Source: Macrostomum lignano (taxonomy: Eukaryota). Taken from it: a DNA stretch of 64,000 nucleotides. The notes beneath the pieces are model-generated. The model saw nothing but the letters and a program-made list of their open reading frames with translations, did no database searches and was not told where the DNA came from. Shown here piece by piece: positions 12,571 to 38,819 of this stretch. The first letter of the stretch is position 1, and the number at the start of each line of letters is the position of its first letter. A program made the translations under genes and the position numbers. Where the stretch lies: positions 64,782-128,781 of the forward strand of contig NIVC01001704.1 of assembly GCA_002269645.1 (NCBI GenBank). Direction: 5' to 3'.

Positions 12571-14044
12571 ACTCAGTTTTAGTATACAGGAAGGAAGGCT
12601 TAATATTATTTGCAACTTTTGCTTTACATGCTGTATATGTACGGTTTGCATTATATGAAATAAGTTTATCATGTCATATTATTTAATCCAAAAGTATTCT
12701 TTGCGCCGAAGACATTAATCTATAATGCTAAACATCTTTTACAACACTCAAGATCTGCTCCTGACGTTTCAACCATATATCCATGCAGATCCAGGTATAT
12801 ACAGATTCAAGTGGTACGGGTTCGGCTTTATTGCGGCTCCTCCAGACTTTTTGCTCTATTTCTTCAATTATTAAAATTGATTTTATAACATTTATAAATT
12901 TTTAATTTAGTCTTAAATAGCAGAAGTGTGTGAATTATTAATTTTCGTTTCCATGCAAGTTAGTTTTGTTTTAAATTTTTAATTTATGTTAACAACAGCG
13001 CTGTTATCAGTTCAATTTAAGTTATCTTTCGCAAAATAGAAAAATTAGCTTCAAGAATAAGAATTGCACTTTGCATTGCACCAACACAAACCGATAAATA
13101 ATTCATTTTTTTGCTTTCCTAATTATTTTTGTAGGTGCAAGATATCGAAATAAGTTGTGCCACAACCAATTTTACCACTAATGAATTGTTTCCTGGCGTC
13201 TTAGCCTTCATATGTGTTAAATTTTTTATTTTCTTTTTTCGACACGCATTCGATTACAATTTCGCTTTGATAACTTAGCGAAACTGTATGAAGTAAAATA
13301 GTATACAGTGCAGCATGAATTTTTATCACATGTATTTAGCAGGGTTTCAAAACAAATTTGAAAAATTAATGCTGCATTTTATTTTAAAAAGTAAATACGT
13401 TAGCGGAATTAAAAATTGAAAACATAAATCATACAGCATACATGACAATGACACATTTAGTTTTAAACTTTCAGGGGCTAGAAAGGTTTAGAAAAGCGGT
13501 TGAGCCGCTTTTCTGAAATCGATCACATACCTAGCAACCTAGATATCAAAAAAAAACATTTTTAGTATATGGACAGGTGTTAAAAATCAATTATCTCATA
13601 AAAATCTGTGGTAAAATTTCTTTCAAAGTAGCAGCTTTGTTTTAAAGATGAAGATGGTTTTACTGTAGGTGTAGATAGTGCAACAGGAATTTGAAGCTGT
13701 AAGAAATTAGCACCTGACATCTCTCCATCATTCTATTTGCTTTTTTATTTTTTCCGATGTGCCCCTGTGTGTAAACAAAAATAATGTTTGGATACTTCTT
13801 TTTTGTGAAATGAAATTCGTGACTTGCAAAAAAATGATGTTTCAAGTTTTACCATAATATATATTTAGCCTTGAGTATACTTTTAAGATAGGACAATTAT
13901 ATTCAGAAGGCTTGATATTTTTGACTAATTATATAACACATTTTATGCTCTGTTATACAAAAAGAAATCCAAAATGAAAAGAAATGAATGAATGGCCCCC
14001 TAACAGCATCGCTCGCCCTTTCAGCCAGCTGCGCCCATTCCATC

Positions 14045-27199
<13,155 letters not shown>

Positions 27200-27789
27200 A
27201 GACTACAAAACTTTGCCCCGAAAGCAAACTTTCAATATTTTTTGCTCCAGATTCAGGACACCTCAGATGCCAATTATCTAACTGCTTTGTACCTCTCATT
27301 AACGTTAATCAGACACTACTCTGGAATCTGTTAATAGCGTGTGATATCAGCGTAAGCATCCTTACTGCCCTTCAGCGTCCCCGGCTGGCTCGCAAAGCAT
27401 CTGGGGACAAGGAAAGTACAAGATCAAATATTTATTAGCTTCACAATGCTCTAGAGCTGACAACTGCGCAACCTGTGTAAACAGTCGCACGCACCTTGAT
27501 ATACCTTTAATAAAATGATTTTGCACCAAGGTTGAGTCGGATGTATTAAGCATGGATTGCAATATTTTGCACAACTTTATAATTCGATGTAGAATGATGG
27601 CTGCGCCAAAAATAGCACAGTACATGACACGGAATTCCCACTTACCTGAAACCTGTTTTGATTTATTTTTTGAACTAAATAAAAATTAACATATTGTCTG
27701 CCCTTGTCTCTTGTTACTACAACTTTCGCACTTATGCAATCATTCTTGTTATTCATTTAAATCGAAAAAATAAAAAAACTGGGATTATT

Positions 27790-29075
27790 CTGTTGTGTCC
27801 CGAGACGGACCAGCCGGCTTCGTCTCGCGCTCCGTACGAGCAGGGAGACTCAGCCCCAGTCCTGCTGCTTGCCAACCCGCTGTCGCACAAACGCGCAGGC
27901 AGTAGGCCGGCAACCAGGGTCGCAGCGAACGCACAGGCCCTGGTGACGATGTCCTACTGGCACTAGACCCCCTAATAGCAGAAGCAGGACGATACTTACG
28001 GTGGCACAGGTTGCTCAACTTGGTGCTCTAGGCGTCTCTGTGTAACTACGATGTGTAACTGTGTAACTCTGTCTCTGGCAACCTGCTCGGTGTTGGATCT
28101 GCCCGGGCGGAAGCCGCTTTGGAGGCTCAGCAGCAGCGGGTTGAGGCCAGGCAAGAGGCAGTTGCGCAGAGTTGTGTTCAGCAGCTTAAGCGTTGTGCAT
28201 TCTAGCGCGATGCCCCGCTGGTTGTCCATTGGAGATGCACCATTGCTGAGGAACTGAAGCGGAATCGTTGCCTCTAAAGCTGCAGTGCTGGTTCAGCAAA
28301 CTGGTGATGATTGGGGCAATGGCGAGTTGAAGGCACCAGCAACAATCATGACAGAGTCACGAGCAGGGATGGAATCAAGCATGCAGCCCAGAGTGTTGTA
28401 AAGGATCTTCGCAGGTCCGGGGGCCGTTGGAGCATAGGCTCTGCGACGAGGGCGCCCGTGCTGGGCTGCTGGTGAATGCTCAAATGACGGAGGCGCTGCG
28501 CGGAGGCACGAATACCGCCCCAACTCTCACGCTCCCTATAGGAGACCACATCGCGGTGTGCGAGGACGCCTGGTGATGAACCGCCCCGAAGCGATTGTCT
28601 CCGACAGGAGGAACCAGAGGAACAACCTGAAGGTGCGCCTGTTCCGCGCGGCCGTCGAGCCGATCCTCCTGTACGGCATGGAGGCTGTGCCGCTGACCGA
28701 GACGCGAGAGCGAGCCCTGGACGCGCTCTACCGATCGCTGCTGCGCTACGCGCTGGGCGTGCACTACCCAGAGCGCCTGTCGACCAACACTCTGATGTCC
28801 CGCGCTGGAACTCCGCCCCTGAGCGCTACCCTGCGCCGGCGCCATCAGATGCTTCTGGGCCACTGCCTACGGACTCTGGGTCGCGGTGCACCCGTCTCTT
28901 TGGCCCTGCTGCACCGGCCGACCGAGCAGTTGCGCCGCGGCCAGGCCCACACTGCAGCTCTGACTGACTGCCTCATCGCTGACTTGCAGGCGCTTGAGCT
29001 GAGCCCCTCAGACTGCTGCTGCCTGCCCCTTCCGACTGTTCTGCAAGCGCGTGCGCGCAAGGGGCCTCCCCTCTG
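27790..29075. mobile_element. Non-LTR (RTE/CR1-like) retrotransposon relic with an inverted 5' part
   Basis: Minus strand 28550 to 27790: APE motifs AYAPT, YNTL, AGAFNSPL, then RT motifs RGIALECTTLKLLN, QSGFRPGRS and AAGLGLSL. Plus strand 28552 to 29075: VCED and LKVRLFRAAVEPILLYGMEAVPLT...LLGHCLR (RT C-terminus). Confidence 0.8.
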
Positions 29076-29149
29076 CGTCCTAATATCAATATTTATATAT
29101 ACGCTCGTATATCAATATTTTATTGAACAGGTAACAGCGTATGGGGTCC

Positions 29150-29342
29150 CAGCTGCAGCAGGGGCGCCAGTTACAGCGTGGGCGCCAGCTACAGCGGGGG
29201 CGCCAGTTACAGCGTGGGTGCCAGCTACAGCGGGGCGCCTTCTACAGCGGGGCGCCAGCTACAGCGGGGCGCCAGCTACAGCGGGGTGCCAGCTACAGCG
29301 GATGGGGTGCCAGTTACAGTGGGGGCGCCAGCTACAGCGGGG
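29150..29342. repeat. ~18-20-bp tandem repeat (GGGGCGCCAGCTACAGCG)
   Basis: About 10 degenerate copies. Confidence 0.85.
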
Positions 29343-29978
29343 GAGCCACCCTCCGCTTGTGCAACCTCTAATCCAGAGGTAATCAGTCTAGAGAGCGGAA
29401 TTAATTAAAATTTTGCCTAAGTCATTGCAATACAAGACGATCACTCGTAGACGGTTTTTTCCCGACAACTGAATATAATTTTATTTGCCACAAGGAATTG
29501 ATTTAGATGGAATGAAATAGTTGCACTATACTACTTTCAAATACAAAGTAGATCCATTTCTTGTTTCTGGAGCTGAAGCCTTACAAATAATTTAGTTTAT
29601 ACAATCAGAGCTGTAAAATTATTTTTTATTGACAAAAAAGTTTCTTGAACACTAGTTTTGATTAATTATATTACACATGTTGTTTTGGCATTTCTATGTC
29701 ATTCGTTCATTCATTTCAGTTTTAGTCTACCCAAAGGAATTCCCTTTTTAGACCCATGCCACGCAAGCAACTCGCTATCGTCCAATGAGATGAGAGGAAT
29801 CATTCCATTCCTCAAGGTCACAGTGAACTTGGCGTCAAATCCCTATTATACTGAGGTTCGTGTGGACTGTGGAGAGTTTTGAATGTGAACTGCAGAGCAG
29901 ACACGTTTGCTTTTCCACTTAATTCTTACAAAACGACAACAGGAATCAGGATATTAATTATTAGAACACTATACAGAA

Positions 29979-30814
29979 ATGGGTTATAAGAAATATAGTC
30001 CATTTTGCAAATCTATAAAGATTTTGCTACTACTTTCTTTTATGTACTTTACGACAAGACTGGATGCAATTGGCATTGATCTATCCAAGCCCAAGATACC
30101 GGTTACAATGAACGAATTCGACTATGACAGTAAGTTTTTCCGGTCGCAATTTATTATTTTTACTTCTCATTTGATCTTAAAATTTGTATTTGCATTATTG
30201 TAAGATTCATATAGTCATTTGATTTTCATCCTTTGACCTGTTATCAAGTCAAGATAATAATTAAGGCATATTATATTGTGCAAAAGCAGCAAAACATTAA
30301 CAAGTGTTACTTCAGTCTATTATTTTCATTATTATGTAAATAATAAAAAATCGCTAAATTTTCAGAGCTACCAGTTTATTGCGAAGGCAGCACAAATCAC
30401 TTTCCATGCAAGGCTGAAAACGGCGAAGTCTACTGTCTACCCAACTCCTTGAAATGCCGAATGAAGTGCACTAACGATGCCGACTTTAAATGTGAACACT
30501 CTGGTGAGTACTTTTTGAATATTCGATTTACAAATGCTAATTCAGATAGTAGGCAATAGACATTGTCACAACAGACTTGTTTTGTTGTTTTCGCTGAGAA
30601 CTTGGGCCGAACTGGCAGACTCAAAGCGGGAAATAAAAACATTATTATCTGCTTCTTCATGTTTGCCAATAATACTAATAGATAAAGCAGTTAAGTGCAC
30701 ATTTTTATTAACATTGCCTTAAAAGTTAATGAATGTAAGCGATACGGACGGCCTACTTTGTTAAAAAATCGCCGCGGAAGTGCAGAATGGAACAGAGTCA
30801 AGTCAGAGAGATAA
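29979..30814 (+). CDS. Candidate small secreted Cys-rich (LDLa-like) protein, spliced, AT-rich
   Basis: Exon 29979-30129 (MGYKKYSPFCKSIKILLLLSFMYFTTRLDAIG..., donor GTAAGT, phase 1) joins in frame to exon 30366-30503 (acceptor TTTTCAG, donor GTGAGT): KLPVYCEGSTNHFPCKAENGEVYCLPNSLKCRMKCTNDADFKCEHS. Third exon uncertain: 30726-30814 (VNECKRYG...*) or 30691-30722. Confidence 0.4.
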
Positions 30815-31242
30815 GAGATCGGATAGATAAAGTGACCAATTTATTTAACTGCCCTCCAAACTTGAGCTGAGACCCCACCTCACCGTGAACCCACCCCCTT
30901 GCGCCCGCCCTGTGCAATGCCAGTACAGTGAATGAATTCACTTATAATGAAACTGGGCTTGCGGCTTTCATTTAAAAGCTTAAATGATTGCGCAAATTCA
31001 AGGCTCAATTCAATTAACTGCAAATGCTGAGCAAGGGCATATTGTTTAGGGAATTAGGGGGGGGGGGGCTGCGGAGCAAATTGGCGCGCGCGTGTGGGGC
31101 GGCGCCTTTAATCCTTTGCTCTCTGATTCTCACTGTCGATTGCGCGCAATAAACAAAATCAATCGCCTTTATAAACTGCACCGGTCTCAGTCGCCTTTGT
31201 TATAGTAGAGCAAATTCTGTCTATCTTACTCAATCGCAAAAT

Positions 31243-33720
31243 ATGAAAGCATTGGCATCGCTGACTCTGTTAGCACTGCTGGCCTCCGTTGCAGCCACGG
31301 ACTGCAAGCCCGGCCAGTTCGCCTGCAAAAAGTCCAACGCCACCGACTCGCTGATTTGCATCCCGGACGAGAGCCTGTGCGACGGCCTGGTCCACTGTCC
31401 CGACAAGGATGATGAAAACCTCGGCATGTGCAGCAAGCGCACCTGCGATTCCGCACTTCAGTTTGCCTGCAAGTCTCCCGGGCACTGCATCCCAATCGGC
31501 CGCAAGTGCGACGGCTCATTCGACTGCAAACGCCCCGGCCTTGACGATAAGTCCGACGAGCAGAACTGTCACGCTACCAACAAGCAGCTGATGCTGACGC
31601 AGACCGCCTGCGGCACTGGGCAGTTTGCCTGCCACAGTGGCGATCACTGCATCAGCAAGGAGTTCCACTGCGACGGTTTCAAAGACTGCCTCGACGGGTC
31701 TGACGAATTCAACTGCAAAATCGGATGCACCAAGAACGAATTCGAGTGCGACGGCCGCTGCGTTGATAAGAAGCTGATTTGCGACGGCAAGCTGGACTGC
31801 GAAGATCATTCGGACGAATCCTCGTGCAAGTACAGCGAGTGCACGTTCTCTTCGGAGTTCAAGTGCCGCAACAGCAACAAGTGCGTCTCCAAGAGCTTCC
31901 TGTGCGACACCAACAACGACTGCGACACTGGCGACGACGAGGTGTGCCCGGCCGGCCACCAAGTGTGCAAGGACCCCAAATATTGGACCTGCCTGTCCGG
32001 CAAATACTGCGTGCCCTTAGCCAACCGGTGCGACTCTCTGGTCCACTGTCCTGACGGCAGCGACGAGATGGACTGTCCGACCGTCGTGCCTCCGCCTGGC
32101 AAGACCGTGTGCGCTCCCGGCTACCACCTGTGCAACGGAACCCGGACCTGCGTCGACACCATGGCTGCCTGCGCCGGCAACGCCCGCTGCCCGCAGCCGG
32201 ACTCTGAGCTGCACGAAATCTGCCGCAACCATCACAACGCCCAGAGTCCCTGTCACAGCAACAACGGCGGCTGCGAACAGCTGTGCGAGCCCTTCCTGAT
32301 CAATAACAAAGTGATGCCCCGCTGCTACTGCCATTCCGGCTACCAGAGCTCGCCTGACCAGCCTCACCGCTGCATCGACATCAACGAGTGCGAGGAGTTC
32401 GGCTTATGCGACCAGCTGTGCACCAACACGATTGGCAGCTACAAGTGCTCATGCCGGCCTGGATACACCTTGTTCGGCTCCACCTGCAAGGCGCACGGCT
32501 CAGTCAAGCTGCTGTACAGCACCGATTCGCACATCGAGTACATGGATTTCGATTCCCATCAGCGAATTAAAGTACACAACGAATATTACGTGAAGTACCT
32601 GTCATACGACTACGCCAACAAGCGCATTTTCTATCACGACCGAGCGGGCAACGTTGGCTCAGTGGGGATTGGCGGCTCCGACGAGCGGATCATCCTCAAC
32701 TACACCGTCATCGACGCCATCGCCTACGACTGGACCCGCGGCCTGCTGTTTTACACTCGCCCTAAAAACATATTCGTTAAAAATGACAGCGGCTACATCG
32801 GCGTTATCAACGTCACCTCCGGCCGGCAGGCCGTCGTTCGTGTACTCGACTGTCCCAGAGGCCTGGTCCTTGATCCCGAGCTGTTCACCGTCTACTTCAC
32901 CATGTGGTGCGGCCAACAGCCGGGCATCTACAGCATGCGCATGGACGGCAGCGAGTTCCGCCTGCTGTTCAATCCCAGCACGCTACCTGGCTACTTGGCC
33001 ATCGACACGGCGCAGAGTCCCGCCCGGCTGTACTGGACCGACGTGCGTCACAACGGTATCTACAGCGCCAACGTCAAAGGCCGCGATATGCGCGTCCACT
33101 TGCGCACCGGCAAGTACCACGACCTGGCGGTCTTCGAGGACAAGCTGTACATGACGCATTTGCACGAGGGCCGGCTGTACCAAACCAACAAGTTTGTTCC
33201 GGAATCGCCAATAGAGATGCTGAACATCTCCTCGAACTCCATGCTAGCCGTGAGCGTTTATCACTCGCTGATGCAGCCTCGGCCTCGCGGCCAGCTGCCG
33301 CAGTGTGATTGTCAGCACATCTGCCTGGCGCCGCCGTCTGGAAAAGCTACCTGCCTGTGCGACATCAACTACCGAGCTGAGTCCAATGGCAACTCAACAA
33401 ATTGCGTTGCCAAGCCCGGTCGTGGCCGTCTGTCCGGCCCTCTGACGCCGTCTCTGGAGCAGCTGGGCAGCGCGGACGCCAACAGGGAGGCGGACAACCA
33501 GCAGCCGGCAGAGGCTCGCGTCGGCTCCATCGCCGGCATCGTCATTGGCGCCCTCTGCGTCTGCCTGATCCTCGGCGTGGCCCTGGCCATGTACTGCCTG
33601 CGCGTCCAGGATAGGCAGTCCATCAGCCTGGTCGGCGAGGCTGGCGGCGACTCGTTAGTAAGCAAGTGCAAGGGTCGCGGCGGCATGCCGAAAGTGAGCT
33701 CGGTGAGCGCAATTTCTTAG
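31243..33720 (+). CDS. LDL-receptor family protein (LDLR/VLDLR/LpR architecture)
   Basis: Signal peptide; 7 LDLa repeats (C..F.C...C....CD...C.D.SDE..C); EGF; Ca-binding EGF (DINEC); YWTD propeller (LYWTD, IAYDW); EGF; TM IAGIVIGALCVCLILGVALAMYCL; short tail. TATA-like TTTATAAA at ~31168; possible donors GTGAGC at 33694 and 33703. Confidence 0.92.
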   Translation: MKALASLTLLALLASVAATDCKPGQFACKKSNATDSLICIPDESLCDGLVHCPDKDDENLGMCSKRTCDSALQFACKSPGHCIPIGRKCDGSFDCKRPGLDDKSDEQNCHATNKQLMLTQTACGTGQFACHSGDHCISKEFHCDGFKDCLDGSDEFNCKIGCTKNEFECDGRCVDKKLICDGKLDCEDHSDESSCKYSECTFSSEFKCRNSNKCVSKSFLCDTNNDCDTGDDEVCPAGHQVCKDPKYWTCLSGKYCVPLANRCDSLVHCPDGSDEMDCPTVVPPPGKTVCAPGYHLCNGTRTCVDTMAACAGNARCPQPDSELHEICRNHHNAQSPCHSNNGGCEQLCEPFLINNKVMPRCYCHSGYQSSPDQPHRCIDINECEEFGLCDQLCTNTIGSYKCSCRPGYTLFGSTCKAHGSVKLLYSTDSHIEYMDFDSHQRIKVHNEYYVKYLSYDYANKRIFYHDRAGNVGSVGIGGSDERIILNYTVIDAIAYDWTRGLLFYTRPKNIFVKNDSGYIGVINVTSGRQAVVRVLDCPRGLVLDPELFTVYFTMWCGQQPGIYSMRMDGSEFRLLFNPSTLPGYLAIDTAQSPARLYWTDVRHNGIYSANVKGRDMRVHLRTGKYHDLAVFEDKLYMTHLHEGRLYQTNKFVPESPIEMLNISSNSMLAVSVYHSLMQPRPRGQLPQCDCQHICLAPPSGKATCLCDINYRAESNGNSTNCVAKPGRGRLSGPLTPSLEQLGSADANREADNQQPAEARVGSIAGIVIGALCVCLILGVALAMYCLRVQDRQSISLVGEAGGDSLVSKCKGRGGMPKVSSVSAIS

Positions 33721-35344
33721 TTGCTCTTTATTTTACTTATTAGATGACGAGGCATTGTCTTTAATCTTAAAGTTAATAGTTGCTCTAGCCGTTTACCATT
33801 TTCTAGTTATTTAGCCTATAGCATCTTATTCAACTGACTGCTGACTAATGAATGACAGCCAGTGCTAAAGTGCATTTTAATACGGGCAAAACGAGTGACG
33901 CTCAAACTCGCCCAGAGGGGTGCTCGCTTTTATTGTTCCACTTGTTGCCTGCCAGTCTTTCTTTTTTCAAAACGGCCGCGTTCATTATTAACATGCAGCA
34001 GAACTCTTGTACGAGTTGGAGTGGGAATGACTGTGCAAAAGCTCTCTTAGTTTATTAGCATCAGCCAAGCCAGCCAGTTTGCTAAAGGCGCGGTCGTCGC
34101 GTCGCGCCTCACGCCACCGCCCGCCACGCGGCTTGGAGAGAGCGGTGGAGAGAGCCAGCCAAGCCTAACATTCAGCTGAACTGAACTGGGCCAGTGCGCG
34201 TGGGTGGGGCGGGAGTACCGGAGTTCGCGAAACGCCCGCTCCGCTTGCCGGCCAGACAGTGTGGTCCCACCAGAGTGCGCAAGCAGTGTACTTAGGCTGG
34301 GGCGGGTGTGTCACGTGAACGGCCTTGAGTCTCGCCACTGGGGGGCCGCGCCTCAGTCTCCTCGATACTTACTGCAATACTGCTTGAAGCCTTCATTGGG
34401 TGTGGCCGTCTGCCGGCCTTGGCTTCCCTCTTGTCCGCCGTGTTTTCTGCCTCTTTGTCCTCCTCTTAGCTATGCAGACTGGCTGACTGACAGCCGCTTG
34501 CTGGGTCATGTGATGCGGAGTTTCTGTTTTTTTCCTAACTAAGAGTGCATCTGCCATTGCATTGCAGAAAACTCCGCTGACCGCGTGCGAGATTGACGCC
34601 GAGCATGGCTCCAACCCGATTGGCAACAGTCGCGACCGGTTCTGACTGCTTTGAGAGGCTCGCAACTGAAGGCGCTGGATGGCCGAGTTATCCCGATGTG
34701 TTTTCTGTAGTGACTTTAGTACGAACCTCGCTTGCGAGGCCAGCTCAGTAGTTAGTGTTGTCGCGCCCTTTCCGCCACCTGTTTTTGCCATTTTTGCTCC
34801 TATTATTTTTGAGCGAACTGATTGACATGCAGCAAACAATTTAGCACCTGTGCGGCACTAATCAATCAATCCAATAGGCATGTAGCGTCTTATCTACCTT
34901 TCTAGGCTTTCTATTGTTTTCCAATCTAAATATTCCGGAGAATTCCGGGAATTCTTTGCTGTTGTGAAGTGCACCTGTATAATATTTTACCTGAGTTTGG
35001 TAAAATACCTCAGTTTTTTTCCTTTTGTTCGATTTAGCAATTGCAACTTTTGTTTTTGCCATTTCTTTAATTAAATACAAAATATGATCAATCGGTTTTC
35101 GTTTAATAAATTGTTTTTGCTTGTTAGATTTCGCACTGTTCGAATTTGCAGAACTATAAATTTCCTATTCATCTCCCTTATTTGTTTCGAATTGGAGCTA
35201 TCGAATTCAAATCTCAAATTTGCGTAGAGTAACTATAAAGATAAACAATTTTGAATTGAAACCTGTTATTGAAATGTAAGAAAACTACATGTACTGTCTG
35301 TGATCGGAGGCTCGAAGACTTTCAAGCACAAAATCCTCTGCTGT

Positions 35345-37435
35345 CATCTATCAATCACAGATAATCATGTAACAATCACGAGAGGATCGTCTATCAACCA
35401 CACAGAAAATCTTCTATCAACCACACAGAATCATCTATCAATCACAGAATTATCTATCAATCACAGAGAATCATCTAGCAACCACAGAGAATCATCTATC
35501 AATCACAGAGAATCATCTATCAATCACAGAGAATCATCTATCAATCACAGAGAATCATCTATCAACCACAGAATCATCTATCAATCACAGAATATCTATC
35601 AAGTACAGAGAATCATCTAGCAACCACACAGAATCATCTATCAATCACAGAATATCTATCAATCACAGAATATCTATCAATCACAGAGAATCATCTATCA
35701 ACCACACAGAAACATCTATCAACCACACAGAATCATCTATCAACCACAGAATCATCTATCAATCACAGAAAATCTATCAATCACAGAGAATCATCTAGCA
35801 ACCACACAGAATCATCTATCAATCACAGAATATCTATCAATCACAGAATATCTATCAAGCACAGAGAATCATCTAGCAACCACACAGAATCATCTATCAA
35901 TCACAGAGAATCATCTATCAATCACAGAGAATCATCTATCAACCACACAGAATCATCTATCAACCACACAGAATCATCTATCAACCACAGAATCATCTAT
36001 CAATCACAGAATATCTATCAAGCACAGAGAATCATCTAGCAACCACACAGAATCATCTATCAATCACAGAGAATCATCTATCAATCACAGAGAATCATCT
36101 ATCAATCACAGAGAATCATCTATCAACCACACAGAATCATCTATCAATCACAGAATTATCTATCAATCACAGAGAATCATCTAGCAACCACACAGAATCA
36201 TCTATCAACCACAGAGAATCATCTATCAATCACAGAGAATCATCTATCAACCACACAGAATCATCTATCAACCACACAGAATCATCTATCAACCACAGAA
36301 TCATCTATCAATCACAGAATATCTATCAAGCACACAGAATCATCTATCAATCACAGAGAATCATCTATCAATCACACAGAATCATCTATCAAGCACACAG
36401 AATCATCTATCAATCACAGAGAATCATCTATCAAGCACACAGAATCATCTATCAATCACACAGAATCATCTATCAAGCACACAGAATCATCTATCAATCA
36501 CAGAATATCTATCAAGCACACAGAATCATCTATCAATCACAGAATATCTATCAAGCACACAGAATCATCTATCAATCACAGAGAATCATCTATCAATCAC
36601 AGAGAATCATCTATCAACCACACAGAATCATCTATCAACCACACAGAATCATCTATCAACCACAGAATCATCTATCAATCACAGAATATCTATCAAGCAC
36701 AGAGAATCATCTGTCAAGCACACAGAGAATCATGTGTCAATCGCAGAGTATCATCTATCAATCACAGAGAATCATCTATCAATCACAGAGAATCATCTAT
36801 CAATCACAGAGAATCATCTATCAATCACAGAGAATCATCTATCAATCACAGAGAATCATCTAGCAACCACACAGAATCATCTATCAACCACACAGAATCA
36901 TCTATCAACCACAGAATCATCTATCAATCACAGAATATCTATCAAGCACAGAGAATCATCTAGCAACCACACAGAATCATCTATCAATCACAGAGAATCA
37001 TCTATCAATCACAGAGAATCATCTATTAATCACAGAAAATCATCTGTCAAGCACAGAGAATCATGTGTCAATCGCAGAGTATCATCTATCAATCACAGAG
37101 AATCATCTATCAATCACAGAGATCTATCAATCACAGAGAATCATCTATCAATCACAGAGAATTATCTGTCAACCACACGGACAATAATTTGTCAACCACA
37201 CAGAGAATCATCTATCAATCACAGAATCGCACCACAGAGAATCACAGAAAATCACAGAGAATCATCTATCAATCACAGAATCGCACCACAGAGAATCACA
37301 GAAAATCACAGAGAATCATCTATCAATCACAGAGAATCATCTATTAACAACTGAGAATCATCTGTCAATCACAGAGTCATCCATCAATCACAGAGAATCA
37401 TCTATCAATCACAGAGAATCATCCGTCAATCGCAA
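35345..37435. repeat. ~2.1-kb 21-23-bp minisatellite (AGAATCATCTATCAATCACAG)
   Basis: Direct reading; explains the INHRESS/ITENHL ORFs. Confidence 0.95.
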
Positions 37436-38819
37436 AAGAGAATCACAATGCTTTAATTCGGTCATTTCGGCCTAGTGAAAACAAAAAGCAACCAAAAATA
37501 AATTTATATTTATATATTATTTGCGCACAATTTAAAAATGGGGATGCAAGGCGGATAAAAATGTCGAAATATCGACTTGCCCATGAATTGTGATAAAAAC
37601 TGCTTTCCTTATACTCAGATTATACAGATCCATGGCTTCTGCAAAAAAGGGACGTTATAGATGGATAGAAACTTCAGATAAAAGTGAAGAGTTCGCTTTA
37701 GCACACTAGAGAGAGAGAGGGGGGAAAGGAGAGAGAAAGAGAAGAGAGAGCTGAGAGAGAATTAGGTCTAGTGTCTAAACGCTCGAACTCCCACTTCCAG
37801 ACCTTAAGCCTGGGAACAGAATAAAGTGTTTACTTACGGCGGTGGGCTCCTCTTCTGTGTCGGGCAGGTTCTCCGATCTCGTTCCTTGTATCTTCTTTGT
37901 TGTGCACGTTTGTTGAGTTCGCTTCTTCAAATCTTCTTCTTCTCCGGAGGAATCTTCTTGAAGTCTAGAATCGGCCGAATGAGAGCGTGACAATCAGATC
38001 AGGCGACGTCGCAGTATTTCTCGAATGCAAAAATCAATATAGGCCTTAAGCTCAGTAATCAATATCAACGATGCGCCCTTATAACACAATCAACTTTCTG
38101 TAATAATCACGAGGTCCTCCAAGAAGGGCGTCTTCTTCTAGCAATAACGGAATCGGAGTCGTGTACTCCTATCGGTTAATCTAGGATAACCAAATCAATC
38201 ACTCGATAATCCTCTAAGGGTATCGGAATCGGTCCGCAGATCCTATCCAATCCCTTAGGAAAAGGGAGGCCTCAAATTCAATGAACTCAGTTAAATCAAC
38301 GGATCAATAACGGCCGGCAATAAAATCGCTCTCAAAATCAATTCAATAACAAAGGCTCGAACAAGAGCTCACCAATTGGTTTACTTCTTCCTCAGAGATG
38401 TAGCCTCGAGTAGCTTCTGCAGTATGCTCAAGATGTTTTGAGGCTGCTCCGAGTCTGAGATTTTTAGCTCGGATTTTGGCTTGTATTTATAGAAAAACTT
38501 CTTGAAAAACAGATTATTTTTAGTAGGTGACAGTATAGCTTTTTGGAAATTTGACCCCTATAGAATACATTAGGTTTGAACCTCAATACCATATTCAGAG
38601 TTCTAAATTTAAATGTTGCAAAAGATGGTCATTTGTTGCTTTCGTGGTCTTAAAAATAGAGTGTGACAATTTGCAGTTTTTAGCTTTTGAGTTTTCACGT
38701 TTTTACGTTACTACTTATAGTAACTTACTTTGTACCGTATTTGGAGATCTCTACAAAAGTACTCATGGATCCTAACTAGCTTTTAAAAGTAAAACGCTTC
38801 ACTAATTAAGACACGAATA

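Noticed and set aside
29658-29882. ORF containing NPYY near the LDLR-like gene
   Set aside because: It lies upstream of the receptor, so it cannot supply the cytoplasmic tail
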